Below are positions 28,268 to 38,410 of a stretch of 64,000 nt of DNA, one piece after another. The stretch is from assembly GCA_965248195.1 (NCBI GenBank), contig CBDFIQ010000002.1:640001-704000 (forward strand), given 5' to 3'. The first letter of the stretch is position 1. Each line of letters begins with the position of its first letter. This DNA comes from Longimicrobiales bacterium. Lineage in GTDB: Bacteria > Gemmatimonadota > Gemmatimonadetes > Longimicrobiales > Gaopeijiaceae. The translations under genes were made by a program, and so were the position numbers. The notes under the pieces are model-generated. The model did no database searches. It worked only from the letters and a program-made list of their open reading frames with translations, and was not told where the DNA came from.

Positions 28268-29071
28268 GTGAGAGCGACCTACGCGACCCTCGGGTCGATC
28301 GTGGCCTTCCTCGCGATCACCCATCTGCTTTGGGGTGACCAGCCGGGGCTGGTGCGAGACTTCGCGCCGGAACTGGCCACCGAGGTCCTGGGAATTCTGA
28401 TCACCCTCGTCTTCGTACAACGCATCATCGACCGGCGCGCCCAAGAGGACCGCGCGCGCGCCTCCCGCGGAGGTGTGAGGCGATCGGAGGATCCGTTGAG
28501 GGACCTCTCCGACCTCTGGACCGAAATCGTGCGCGGATGCCTCGAGCGGCTTCCCGCAAGGCCGCCCCGGACCTATCTGGAATTGTTCGTTCCGGAATGG
28601 TCGGCCGTAATCGACGACTGCGACCTCACTCGAGTCCGATTCGCATGGAGCGAGGAGACCTGGGCCGAGTCCGCGGCTAGGGTCATTTCACGCGCCCGAG
28701 ATCAGATCAGCGGTATCCTCGACCTCTACGGTGTGCACCTCAACGCGCACTTCATCGAGGTTCTCGATGAAATTCGGGACGACCCCTTTCTAGCTCATGT
28801 CGAAACGCTGGGAGAGCAACTGCGAATAGCTCGCGAGCTGTTCCCGGATGAGATCGAGCCGGAAGACTACGCCATCAACCGGACGTCGGCCGTTCGAAGC
28901 GACTTCATCGGGACCCTCTCCCAAACGATCCGATTGTACAATGAAACCGCACTGGGCGATGTGCCCATCAGCGAACTTCCCGAGGGATTTTGGAGCCCCG
29001 ACCGGAGTCCTGCGCCGGGTACGTTGCGCCGGGGCGGTCCCGCTCCGGCGCCGCCCCAGCTGTCCGGGTAA
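28268..29071 (+). CDS. Hypothetical protein with two N-terminal TM helices
   Basis: ELATEVLGILITLVFVQRII followed by a soluble helical domain; 267-aa ORF. Confidence 0.7.
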   Translation: MRATYATLGSIVAFLAITHLLWGDQPGLVRDFAPELATEVLGILITLVFVQRIIDRRAQEDRARASRGGVRRSEDPLRDLSDLWTEIVRGCLERLPARPPRTYLELFVPEWSAVIDDCDLTRVRFAWSEETWAESAARVISRARDQISGILDLYGVHLNAHFIEVLDEIRDDPFLAHVETLGEQLRIARELFPDEIEPEDYAINRTSAVRSDFIGTLSQTIRLYNETALGDVPISELPEGFWSPDRSPAPGTLRRGGPAPAPPQLSG

Positions 29072-29127
29072 CCCTCACACCGCTCTGGGTACGATCGAAT
29101 AGCGTCGATTCCAGTTGGTAGCGAAAC

Positions 29128-29157
29128 AAGCGGGGGGAGGCGAACCCCCCCCGCTTT
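29128..29157. terminator. Probable bidirectional terminator between convergent genes
   Basis: AAGCGGGGGG...CCCCCCGCTTT hairpin. Confidence 0.6.
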
Positions 29158-29180
29158 CCGGTACGCGACCGAACCGCCTA

Positions 29181-29915
29181 CTAACCGCGTTTTCGGAAGG
29201 GATGACGGCCACTTCGAGTCGACAAATCGACTTCGAAGGATTCACCGTCCACGGTCATGGTGGCCAGGTTCGTACCGTTGAAGGTGATCACGACGGTACG
29301 GCTTTTCGTGACGTCCCCGTCGGGTCCATCGACGATATTGATGGTCATATCGCGTGTGATCGTGCCCGACAGGGGCCATGCGTCGTCCGTCCGCGGCACA
29401 GGGTGGATGACGTCCTCGATGACCGACGTGCTCGACATGTCGTAAGTCCTCGTACCGTCCGCGTCCGTGTGCTGGCTCCGGGTCATGCTGCCGCTTCCGG
29501 TTCCGTTCACGGTGCGGCTCGTCTCCTCGCCCTCGAGCCCGGTTATCCAGAGGTCCCGCGAGCGCGTGCCCGTCGCCGACCAGGAGTCCCGAGAAAACTC
29601 GTGGGTCGCTTCGATCAGGAGGTGAATCGACGCCGTCGTAAGCGGGTCTCGGGTAGCCTGTTCCGTTCCGTCCGCATCGAAGAACGTGGCGGTGTGGGTC
29701 CTGTCCCGGGTGGATGCTTCACCTGGCACTGGAAAGGCGCCGCCCCCGAACAGCAGGCCGATATCGCCCAACTCGTCGATGGCGGCGTCTGCGGCGATCA
29801 TGGCGACATCAAGGGTCAAGCTGTCCTCGAAGCCGTCGGGCCCGACCGTCTCACTACATGCCGCCAGCACGAGGAGGGCAAAGGCCAGAGCTTCTGATTT
29901 CACACGATGTTTCAT
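29181..29915 (-). CDS. Hypothetical beta-rich lipoprotein
   Basis: Lipobox LAAC; Thr-rich strands; WPLSGTITR...VITFNGT. Confidence 0.75.
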   Translation of the reverse strand: MKHRVKSEALAFALLVLAACSETVGPDGFEDSLTLDVAMIAADAAIDELGDIGLLFGGGAFPVPGEASTRDRTHTATFFDADGTEQATRDPLTTASIHLLIEATHEFSRDSWSATGTRSRDLWITGLEGEETSRTVNGTGSGSMTRSQHTDADGTRTYDMSSTSVIEDVIHPVPRTDDAWPLSGTITRDMTINIVDGPDGDVTKSRTVVITFNGTNLATMTVDGESFEVDLSTRSGRHPFRKRG

Positions 29916-30053
29916 TTCCCACTCTCCTCAATACGATTCGAATGCCGAACGAAACGTCCGATCATCCCTTCCACTTGGGTCTGATTCCGGACGGGCTTGA
30001 AACGTTAAGTGGGGCCGACGCGGACGCGCCGTGAAGCAGAGGGGTGGTGGGGG

Positions 30054-30764
30054 CTACAGGATGGTTGCCCGCTCGATTCGATCCAACTCGGGAAACTCGA
30101 CATCGAAGTACTCCGCGCCCAGGGCGAGCGCCCTCGCTTGATACACGCCGTCGCCGCGGGGCGGACCGTCTCCGTAGCCCGCGTACAGCCCATCCACCAC
30201 GTCCATCCCCTCGACGACCTCGCCGAACGGGGCGAAGCGGTCGTCCAGGCTGGAGTTGTCCTTGTGGTTGACGAACACGTGGGTTGTCCGGCTGTTGGCG
30301 CCGGACCGGGCGAAGGACACGCGGCCTCGCGTGTTCGACTGGGTGACGGGATCGTCGAGGAGCGTCTCCTTTTGCCAGACGAAGTTCACGTAGGGATCGT
30401 CATGGATACCCCATCCGGCGGTGAAGTCCTGCAGCACCCGGTGGAATCGCACGCCGTCGTACCACCCACGCTTTACGAGGTTGTAGAAGCGGTCGGCCCC
30501 GAGGGGAGCCCAATCACGGTACACCTCGATGACGAAGACCCCGGCCGTGGTCTCGAGGCGGGCCTGGAAGATATCCGGAGCCGTCTCGTTGAACTGCCTG
30601 GCAAAAAGAAGCGGGTTCTGAAGCCTCGGGTCTACGGGCTCGTCACGGTCCCCGGTGCAGGCAGCCGAAAGGCCCACGGCTAGAACGGAAAGGGTGACTC
30701 TGGCCGGGTTTCCAATGACTCCGAAAAATCTATGCCGAGGCAGGTCGCACCTCCATGTCGTCAC
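30054..30764 (-). CDS. Cyclophilin-type peptidyl-prolyl isomerase, probable lipoprotein (start uncertain)
   Basis: WAPLGADRFYNLV, FHRV, SNTRGRVSFA, FAPFGEVVEGMDVVD. Confidence 0.9.
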   Translation of the reverse strand: MTTWRCDLPRHRFFGVIGNPARVTLSVLAVGLSAACTGDRDEPVDPRLQNPLLFARQFNETAPDIFQARLETTAGVFVIEVYRDWAPLGADRFYNLVKRGWYDGVRFHRVLQDFTAGWGIHDDPYVNFVWQKETLLDDPVTQSNTRGRVSFARSGANSRTTHVFVNHKDNSSLDDRFAPFGEVVEGMDVVDGLYAGYGDGPPRGDGVYQARALALGAEYFDVEFPELDRIERATIL

Positions 30765-30846
30765 CCGTCGTCAGAACGTAGCCACACACCTCCGGTATGC
30801 CCCGAATATACGAACAGGCCCGGCCGAAGGCATCACGGACTTCGGT

Positions 30847-31410
30847 CTACCGGCGTGGACGCCGTCTCCGTCGCCTGCGCCGCTCCTCCTCCTCATCCCG
30901 GCGGATGTCGTTCGTGAGTCTCTCCAAGTCCAGATCCTCGAGGGCTTCGACTCCTTCCAGAGCCTCGAACAGCGCCTCGAAATCAGCCATCTCCCGTGCC
31001 TCGAGCCGGAGCTCTTCCATCTGGGCCCTTAATCTTTCCACCTGCTCCCGATCGAATCCCTTTATCGCCCGTTCAACACGCCGGAGCTCTTCCAACTCGA
31101 TGTTCCGCTGTTCGCGGGCCAGGTCTGCGGCCCTCTCTCGGGCCTCTTCGACGTTCACCCTAAGTCTTCGTCTTTCCAAAGGCTCCCAGACGGGCCGGTT
31201 CGACCGAGCTCGGCTTCGGAAGTAGATGGTAGAGGCACCGGACCCATCCCTCACCAAGACTCGCCCCGGCAAGACACGTACCTCCACGGATGCGTCGTCC
31301 ACCTGAGCCACGGGAGCGCTTCTGGCGTAAAGGCTGGTAAGTCCTAACCCGAGGCCCGCGCCGCCGAGGATTGCCGCGAGCGCCATAAAATCTGAAGTCC
31401 GTTTACGCAT
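30847..31410 (-). CDS. Hypothetical membrane-anchored coiled-coil protein with poly-Arg C-terminus
   Basis: AGGAG RBS; N-terminal TM; ends DEEEERRRRRRRRPRR. Confidence 0.65.
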   Translation of the reverse strand: MRKRTSDFMALAAILGGAGLGLGLTSLYARSAPVAQVDDASVEVRVLPGRVLVRDGSGASTIYFRSRARSNRPVWEPLERRRLRVNVEEARERAADLAREQRNIELEELRRVERAIKGFDREQVERLRAQMEELRLEAREMADFEALFEALEGVEALEDLDLERLTNDIRRDEEEERRRRRRRRPRR

Positions 31411-31589
31411 CTGTGGCTCCTGTGTCTAAACTCCGTCCCAATCCGGGGTATGCCCCGAACCTGCCGCGGTCGGCGGTCCCGCCGCAACCCCATCCAGCAT
31501 GAGACGCGAAATCCTTTCAGAGCGTTGCTCGACACCTCGGCCGACCTAATTGAGCCTGCCCTTTTTGGGCGCTCCCTAGTGCGCGCGTG

Positions 31590-31787
31590 TTAGCGTCGGC
31601 CGAAAGTTCCAGTCTCCTCGACCTCGACCCGGTGCCCGTCTACTCGCGAGGGAATCCGCCCGGCCGTGCGCCGGTCCTTCACGTAGACCTTGAGGCAGGG
31701 TTTGCCTTTGGACAGCCCGATCGCGGTTCCGGTCACTCCTGGGCGATCGATCACCGCCTTGGTGAGCTTACTGAGTGCGGCCTTCAT
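31590..31787 (-). CDS. Small protein resembling the N-terminal domain of the upstream protease
   Basis: GGAG RBS; PGVTGTAIG...KVYV...IPSRVDG..VEVEETGTF. Confidence 0.75.
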   Translation of the reverse strand: MKAALSKLTKAVIDRPGVTGTAIGLSKGKPCLKVYVKDRRTAGRIPSRVDGHRVEVEETGTFGRR

Positions 31788-31809
31788 ATCTCCGATATCT
31801 CCAATGACC

Positions 31810-32850
31810 TCAACTCCCGTCGATTTTCACTTCGAAACGATCCAACACGAGGTCGATCGGGTTGGCGATCGTATTAGTGGTGCTTCCGGCGAACAGTAGC
31901 CCCACTGGCCGCCGGTCGCTTCCGCCGCTCGAGCGCGTGACCACGAGAGATCCCGAATCTCCGCCCTGGCTGAACCGCCCATCGCTGATGAGGATCTGGT
32001 CGACGAAGCGCGCCGTTCCCGTGTTGTAGTTCACGTTGATCGTGGCGTTGATACCACTCACGAGGCCGGTCGTCAGACCCGTGGTCCGGCCATACTTCTG
32101 GACCGCCTGCCCGAGCGTCGCGGTCCTCGTCCCCGCCCGCGGTTCACCGTACCCGTCTTCCGGCGTGCTCGTCCCCAGGTTTTCGGAGGAGGTGAGCGCA
32201 GTGGCCGCGTCGATTCGGTTGCCCGGACACGTCAGCGCCTTACAGAAACGCAAGGGCTCGAAGTCGTGCAGCGTGCCGATGGAGTTCGCCGGATCGGTGC
32301 CTCCGTCTACTCTCCCCGGCTGGAGAATATCGTCTCCCCGACTGGCGTCATTCCGGTTCGCGAAGACGTGGTTGTTGCTCAGAGCGAACGTGCGACGGCC
32401 GTCGCTGACGCGTGCGCCGATCGTTCCTGCCGTAACGTCGGGCTGGCCTCCCGACACGCCGATCGGCACCGGGCGAGGGAAGCGGCCCCTCCGGTCGACC
32501 GGACGATCCGCCTCCTTCGCTCGCGGCCCATCCCCGAGTGCCCAGAATTCGCCGGTGACTTCGGTGTGTACAGCGGTGCCGTCGAGCATCGCCGGCAGGC
32601 CCAGGACACCCGGTCGCGCTGTGTAGACAAGCACCACCGGAGCGCCGTCGGCATCAAGGCCCACCGCTGTGCCCACGACGCCATCGATTCCGAGCAGATC
32701 CGGCGTGTAGGTGTCCTGGGTGGCCATCGCCGTAGAAAGGGCCATGGCCTCCGTCCATCGCGCACCGATCGCCGAGGGGGATGGCAGGAATAGCTGAGCG
32801 AGCAACGCCCCCATGAATGTGAGCTCGGACCAGCGCCCCCATCGTTTCAT
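31810..32850 (-). CDS. Secreted trypsin-like (S1/NAL1-like) serine protease
   Basis: GTIGA, LSNNHV (His), IDAA (Asp), KYGRTTGLT, GGDSGS (Ser), VGLLFAG. Confidence 0.85.
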   Translation of the reverse strand: MKRWGRWSELTFMGALLAQLFLPSPSAIGARWTEAMALSTAMATQDTYTPDLLGIDGVVGTAVGLDADGAPVVLVYTARPGVLGLPAMLDGTAVHTEVTGEFWALGDGPRAKEADRPVDRRGRFPRPVPIGVSGGQPDVTAGTIGARVSDGRRTFALSNNHVFANRNDASRGDDILQPGRVDGGTDPANSIGTLHDFEPLRFCKALTCPGNRIDAATALTSSENLGTSTPEDGYGEPRAGTRTATLGQAVQKYGRTTGLTTGLVSGINATINVNYNTGTARFVDQILISDGRFSQGGDSGSLVVTRSSGGSDRRPVGLLFAGSTTNTIANPIDLVLDRFEVKIDGS

Positions 32851-33124
32851 CTAACCCCTCCGACCCTGGTACGGCCTTCAGACATGGTTGCAGATTCGTT
32901 GAGCAGACACTGTCGCCTCCGTCCGTTCCTATTACATACGGGTGAACCATGGACGAAGGTTCCAAAACCGAGCGTCACACGTGCGAGGACCTGACCCATT
33001 GCCTCATTCAGGTGGCGTTCTAAGATTTTGGGGTGAGGGCGGCACCGGCATCGTCCGGGGAGGCCACGAAAACTCGTTCGTTCTGACGAAGAGGCGGTCC
33101 ATACAAGTGACTGGGACAGAAGGG

Positions 33125-35035
33125 ATGCGGTTCCCCGGGACCGCCGAGCGGTTGCGCCTGATACGCCCCATGCGGCTCATCCGTGGGCGCACGCTGGCGG
33201 CTGCCTGGGTGATCTTGGCGGGTTGCGGGGGCGTATCCTCCGTCGGGAGTGGCGGTGGGGTCTCCTCACCCTCCGGGTCCAATGGGGAAGCGCCGCTGGC
33301 CACCACGACCCTATTCGTCCGCTCCGTCGATGCCTTTCCGGTGCATGACGAGAACGGCAGGGCCTACGATCCTCCGTTTCTTGGTGGCTTCAACGTGCCG
33401 CGTCCACAGTTCGCCGACATCGACGGCGACGGGGACGTCGATCTGTTCCTTCAGGAACGCCCGGGCGAGTTGATGCTGTTCGAGAACGTCGGGGGGCCGA
33501 CCCGGCCGGAGTTCGTGTGGCGGACAGACCGATACCAGAACCTGTCGGTGGGGGAGTGGACCCGCTTCGTCGACTTCGACCGCGATGGTGATCTCGACCT
33601 CTTGAGCGAGCGGCTGTTCAGTTACCTGCAGTACTTCCGCAATGACGGTACGGCGCGCGCCGCGGCCTTCACCCCGGTTGGGGATTCCGTGCGGGACGTC
33701 ACGGGCGAGCCCGTTTTCGCGGATCGCCAGAACATTCCCAACGTCAACGACATCGACTGCGATGGCGATTGGGATCTTTTCCTCGGTCGCGTTACCGGCA
33801 CGCTCAGCCGCTATGAGGTGGCCGAGATGACGGATGACGGAGTCCCCGTGTTTCGTTTCTTGGAGGATCGCTTTCAGGGAATCGAAATCGTGGCCCAGCT
33901 CGGCAGCCTGCACGGCGCCAATTCGATGGCCTTCGCAGATATCGACCAGGATGGAGACCTCGACTTCTTTTGGGGTGATTTTTTCGAACCCAGTGTGCTC
34001 TTCGTGGAAAACACGGGTTCGTGCAGCGAGCCAATCCTCAGCGCGGATCCACTGCCCTTCGTCGTGGACGATACGATCGCCACGAGCGGGTACAACGTGC
34101 CGGTTCTCGAAGACGTGGACTCCGACGGCGATCTCGACCTGTTCGTGGGCGTGCTCGGCGGCGCCTTCAATCCGAATCTGACGGCCACTCGGAACTTCCA
34201 TTTCTATGAGCAGGTGAACGGCGCCTTCATCCACCGCACCGAGCGCTTCGTTTACACGCTCGATGTCGGAAGCGAGAGCATTCCCGCGCTGGCCGACCTG
34301 GACGGGGACGGTGATCTGGACCTGCTTGTGGCCAACAAATTGGACCCGGACGACACGCAGACGTCCCGCCTGTATCACTTTGAGAACGTGGGGTCGCAGC
34401 GGGCTCCTTCGTTTGAGCAACGCGCCTTTGTTCCGCTCTTCACCATGTATCACTATGCGCCGGCTCTGGGTGACCTGGACGGCGACGGTGACTTGGACAT
34501 GCTCGTCGGCACGTGGAACCGGGGCGTCGCGCTCTACGTGAATCAGGGTACGCGTGCGGAGCCGGAATTCGTCCTCCAGGACACGACCCTCGTGCGGCTC
34601 ACACGGGGGAGCAACAGCGCGCCCGCCCTGACCGATGTCGATGGCGATGGAGATCTCGATCTCTTTATCGGAGAGTCGTCGGGCGAGCTCAACTTCTACC
34701 GGAACGTCGGGACGCCGCAGGCTCCGTCGTTCGCCCTCGTGACCGATCGCTTCGGAGAGATCGATGCGGGCCGGAGAAGCTTTCCCGCCTTCGCGGATGT
34801 CGACGGTGACGGTGACCAGGACCTGCTGCTCGGCCGCGAGGAGGGTGGCGTGCTTCTTTACCGAAGAGAGGGTTTGCCGGCGGACGCCGATCCCGTTTTC
34901 GTCCTGGAATCGACGTTCACGCTGCCGCTCCCCAGGTATTCCACGCCATCGCTCGTGGACATCGACGGTGACGGCGACCTCGACGTCTTCTCGGGGGGGC
35001 TGGGTGGGGGTCTGATCTTCTTAGAAGGCCGTTAG
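33125..35035 (+). CDS. FG-GAP/VCBS repeat lipoprotein (start 33125 or 33170)
   Basis: Lipobox LAGC; about 10 D.DGDGDLD repeats. Confidence 0.88.
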   Translation: MRFPGTAERLRLIRPMRLIRGRTLAAAWVILAGCGGVSSVGSGGGVSSPSGSNGEAPLATTTLFVRSVDAFPVHDENGRAYDPPFLGGFNVPRPQFADIDGDGDVDLFLQERPGELMLFENVGGPTRPEFVWRTDRYQNLSVGEWTRFVDFDRDGDLDLLSERLFSYLQYFRNDGTARAAAFTPVGDSVRDVTGEPVFADRQNIPNVNDIDCDGDWDLFLGRVTGTLSRYEVAEMTDDGVPVFRFLEDRFQGIEIVAQLGSLHGANSMAFADIDQDGDLDFFWGDFFEPSVLFVENTGSCSEPILSADPLPFVVDDTIATSGYNVPVLEDVDSDGDLDLFVGVLGGAFNPNLTATRNFHFYEQVNGAFIHRTERFVYTLDVGSESIPALADLDGDGDLDLLVANKLDPDDTQTSRLYHFENVGSQRAPSFEQRAFVPLFTMYHYAPALGDLDGDGDLDMLVGTWNRGVALYVNQGTRAEPEFVLQDTTLVRLTRGSNSAPALTDVDGDGDLDLFIGESSGELNFYRNVGTPQAPSFALVTDRFGEIDAGRRSFPAFADVDGDGDQDLLLGREEGGVLLYRREGLPADADPVFVLESTFTLPLPRYSTPSLVDIDGDGDLDVFSGGLGGGLIFLEGR

Positions 35036-35111
35036 TATTACGAACGGAGCCGATCGAGGGGGATCGCAGGGTCCCGCTTCGGGGCGTCGCGGGTCATGGC
35101 ATCGAGCACCG

Positions 35112-36527
35112 TTACAGCATGAAGCCCACACCCAGGAACAACGTCAGGGCGCCGGCCGCAGCCAGGAGCGCGTAGGGAAGCTGCGTGCGAACGTGGTCGA
35201 TATGGTCTGTCGCGGAGGCCATCGACGCCACGATCGTACTGTCGGAGATCGGCGAACAGTGATCCCCGAAAATTCCACCGCCCAGGGCGGCCGCCAGTGT
35301 GAGCCCGAGGTGTAGATCGAGCAGCTCGGCCATTGGGACGACGATCGGAATCATGATCGCGAAGGTGCCCCACGACGTTCCCGTCGAGAAGGCCATGATA
35401 CACGCGAGCACGAAGACGATGGCCGGCACCAAGCCCGGGTTCACACCCGCCTGCGCAACCTGAGCCAGCCACACTCCTGTGCCCAGGGCCTGCTGGGTTC
35501 CCGCGATCGAAAACGCCAACGCGAGCACGATCACGACGGGCGTAAGTCCCTGAATGCCCTTGATCGTGTAGGCGGTCACCTCCCGGAACGTCATGATCCC
35601 CTGCGCCCGATACATGACGGCAGCGAGCAGGATCCCGACGATCACGCCCCAGAGCACGGCGTCCGACCCGCTCCCCTGCAGCATCTCCCCATCTCCGGTG
35701 ATCCACAGGACCAGGGGTACGGTGGCCACCATGGCGATGACCGGAAGAAGCATGTTGATCGCCCGCTGCGGTACACCCTCCTTGGCCGCCAACATGGAAA
35801 CGTCCGAGGACATCATGGGTTCGGCTCCGTCGCGGAGGAGCTTGCCTTCCTCCCGCATGCGGCGCTCGGCCTCGCGCATGAGTCCGATATTCCAGTCGGT
35901 GAGGGCCACGAACACGACCAGGACAATGGAGAGGATCGCGTAAAAATTCAGCGTGAGCGCCGAGAGGAGCACTCGATTCGGCTCGGCCACGTTCTGCGCG
36001 ACGAGGAGCGTCACGATATAGGCGCCCCAGGCGTTGATCGGGATTAGAAGCTGCTTGGGTGCGCACGTCGCGTCGAGGATATAGCTCAGTTTTTCACGGG
36101 AAATCTTGGCCCGATCGAAGAGTGGGCGCGAGACGGAGCCCGCCACGAGCAGGCCGAAGTTCGATTCGAGGAACAGAGACATGCTGGTGCCGATGGCGAA
36201 CAGCCGCACAGTGCGGCGATTCTGGCCCAACCGCCTTCGCTCGACCCAGTTGATAAATCCTTCCATGCCGCCGGAGGCTTGCGTCAAGGTGATGATCGCA
36301 CCGATCAGCGCGGAGAAGACGAGCGTCCTTGCGTTGCCGGGGCTGGTGATCGCGTCCAGGAAGGTGTTTACGCCGTCGACCAATCCCACGATGGGATTCC
36401 ACGAGTTCATGATGGTCCAGCCCAACCAGACGAACGTGGCCAGCGAGATGTAGACCTCCCGAGTCTTGATGGCCAACGCGATGGCTACCACAGGTGGGAG
36501 AATCGAAAGCCATCCGATGGTCTCCAT
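35112..36527 (-). CDS. NhaC-family Na+/H+ antiporter or amino-acid transporter
   Basis: LSILPPVVAI, ISREKLSYILD, FSTGTSWGTFAI, FGDHCSPISDSTI, DHVRTQLPYA. Confidence 0.9.
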   Translation of the reverse strand: METIGWLSILPPVVAIALAIKTREVYISLATFVWLGWTIMNSWNPIVGLVDGVNTFLDAITSPGNARTLVFSALIGAIITLTQASGGMEGFINWVERRRLGQNRRTVRLFAIGTSMSLFLESNFGLLVAGSVSRPLFDRAKISREKLSYILDATCAPKQLLIPINAWGAYIVTLLVAQNVAEPNRVLLSALTLNFYAILSIVLVVFVALTDWNIGLMREAERRMREEGKLLRDGAEPMMSSDVSMLAAKEGVPQRAINMLLPVIAMVATVPLVLWITGDGEMLQGSGSDAVLWGVIVGILLAAVMYRAQGIMTFREVTAYTIKGIQGLTPVVIVLALAFSIAGTQQALGTGVWLAQVAQAGVNPGLVPAIVFVLACIMAFSTGTSWGTFAIMIPIVVPMAELLDLHLGLTLAAALGGGIFGDHCSPISDSTIVASMASATDHIDHVRTQLPYALLAAAGALTLFLGVGFML

Positions 36528-36532
36528 GTCGG

Positions 36533-36892
36533 CTATTCGCTCTCCACGATGCGTATTTCATCCGGTCCGTTGGGGACGACACACAGGAACGAAAATTCAT
36601 CGGGCCCGAGCGATTCGTACCAGTGCGGTACGCCCGCCGGAATGAAGACGACGTCACCCTGAGTGACTTCGATGACGTCATCTCCAATACCGACTCGCGC
36701 CGCCCCCCCCAGCACGTACTGTTCGTGCTCCACGGCGTTCGTGTGATTCGGCATCCCCCCTCCGGGCGCCATGACAAAACGCCGCATCGAGAAGTTCGGC
36801 CCTTCCTCCGGACCGATGAGGACCTGGCGGATGGTGCCGGAGCCGGCGCTCACCGGCTCCACGGGAACTTCGTGGATGTTTTTACGAGACAC
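36533..36892 (-). CDS. Cupin domain protein
   Basis: NFSMRRF..APGGGMPNHTN..EHEQYVL...GDVVFIPAGVPHWY. Confidence 0.88.
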   Translation of the reverse strand: MSRKNIHEVPVEPVSAGSGTIRQVLIGPEEGPNFSMRRFVMAPGGGMPNHTNAVEHEQYVLGGAARVGIGDDVIEVTQGDVVFIPAGVPHWYESLGPDEFSFLCVVPNGPDEIRIVESE

Positions 36893-37068
36893 GTGCTCAC
36901 TCCTCCGGCTAACGGTCGCGGAAAATTTCTCGGTGAGCCAGCCGACATGGTTGGTATCCGGCGTGGTTCATCGTACGATGCCCCTTGAGTGTGGGGTCCC
37001 ACTTCAGGGACACCACACTACGATATCCATTCCTTGGGCAATCGCAATTCTGAAACCCGAAGCGTCCC

Positions 37069-37872
37069 ATGTACGAGCGGATCGTTTGTCTGACCGAAGA
37101 AACCACGGAGACGCTGTACACGATCGGCGAGGACTGGCGCATTGTCGGAATATCCGGATTCACGGTTCGGCCCCCTCGCGCCCGACGGGAAAAGCCGAGA
37201 GTCTCTGCCTTCAAGAGCGCCAAGATCGACGAAATTCTAGGTCTCCGGCCTGACCTGGTTCTGGGGTTCTCGGACATCCAGGCCGACATCGCTGCGCGGT
37301 TGATTGGCCATGGTGTCGAGGTCCATGTGTTCAACCACCGAAGCGTGGACGGCATCCTGCGGATGATCCGGACGCTAGGGGCGATGGTGGGGTGCGCCGA
37401 GAAAGGGGAAGAGCTCGCGGTCCAGCTCGCCGCGAATCTCACCAGGGTCCAGGAGCGGGCCAGCGGCTTTCCGGAGCGGCCCCGCATCTATTTCGAGGAG
37501 TGGAGTGATCCGATGATTTCGGGCATCCGCTGGGTTTCGGAGCTGGTGGGCTACGCCGGCGGGGAGGACTGTTTTCCCGAGTTGTCCGAGTCCTCCCTCG
37601 CGAAGGGCCGGATCATCGAGGATCCGCAGGAGGTCGTACGTAGGGCGCCGGACATCATCATCGGTTCGTGGTGCGGCCGGAAATTCCGCCCAGAGAAGGT
37701 CCTTGGGCGGCCGGGATGGAAGACGGTTCCGGCGGTCCGTGATGGGCACGTCTACGAGATCAAATCCTCGGTCATTCTTCAGCCGGGCCCCGCGGCGCTC
37801 ACCGAGGGCGTCTCGGCTATCCAGACGCTCATCGAGAGATGGACGAGGTGGCGAGGAGCCGAAGCCGAGTAG
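37069..37872 (+). CDS. Cobalamin/iron-siderophore-type substrate-binding protein (BtuF-like)
   Basis: RIVCLTEETTETLY, PDLVLGFSD, YFEEW.DP, ILQPGP. Confidence 0.88.
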   Translation: MYERIVCLTEETTETLYTIGEDWRIVGISGFTVRPPRARREKPRVSAFKSAKIDEILGLRPDLVLGFSDIQADIAARLIGHGVEVHVFNHRSVDGILRMIRTLGAMVGCAEKGEELAVQLAANLTRVQERASGFPERPRIYFEEWSDPMISGIRWVSELVGYAGGEDCFPELSESSLAKGRIIEDPQEVVRRAPDIIIGSWCGRKFRPEKVLGRPGWKTVPAVRDGHVYEIKSSVILQPGPAALTEGVSAIQTLIERWTRWRGAEAE

Positions 37873-37937
37873 AGGACGGGTTCGGATCCGTACCAGTTAA
37901 ATATATTCATCCAACCGGTCAATCGGAGAACGAAGCC

Positions 37938-38355
37938 ATGGCGGAGACAGAGGGGGTAAAGGAGACAGGTGGCGACAAGAAGCTGCCTAATGCGGGGCTG
38001 ACCGAGGTGGGACAGATCGCGGTGACTGTCAGACGTCGGGCGGGCTACGGCGTTCTACCGCAATGTATTGGGCGTTCCGTTCCTATTCGACGCGCCAGGG
38101 CTGGCGTTCTTCGACCTCGGTGGAGTACGCCTGATGCTGAGCCGGCCGGAGGGCGTGGGGCCATCCGCGTCGCTGCTGTACTTCCGGGCAGCTGACATCC
38201 AGGTGGCCCACGAGACGCTCCTCAGCCACGGCGTGGACTTTATCGAGGCACCGCAAGTGGTCCATCGAACGGATGACTACGAGTTGTCCATCGCATCCTT
38301 CTACGACTCAGAGGGAAACGTCATGGCCATCATGCACGAAACGGGCACGATCTAA
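37938..38355 (+). pseudogene. VOC/glyoxalase family gene with a frameshift at about 38031
   Basis: GQIAVTV in one frame continues as DVGRATAFYRNVLGVPFLF...FYDSEGN in another. Confidence 0.75.
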
Positions 38356-38410
38356 CCGGGCACCTCACGGGGCCAGGCTCTCGCCATCGGGCTTCGGTGA
38401 GCATGCGCCT

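Noticed and set aside
33400..35000. Dispersed GACGGCGACGG-like nucleotide repeats
   Set aside because: Fully explained by the FG-GAP protein repeats.
36893..37068. Cobalamin riboswitch upstream of the BtuF-like gene
   Set aside because: I could not find the conserved GGGAA, GCCACTG or B12-box elements; an Rfam scan would be decisive.
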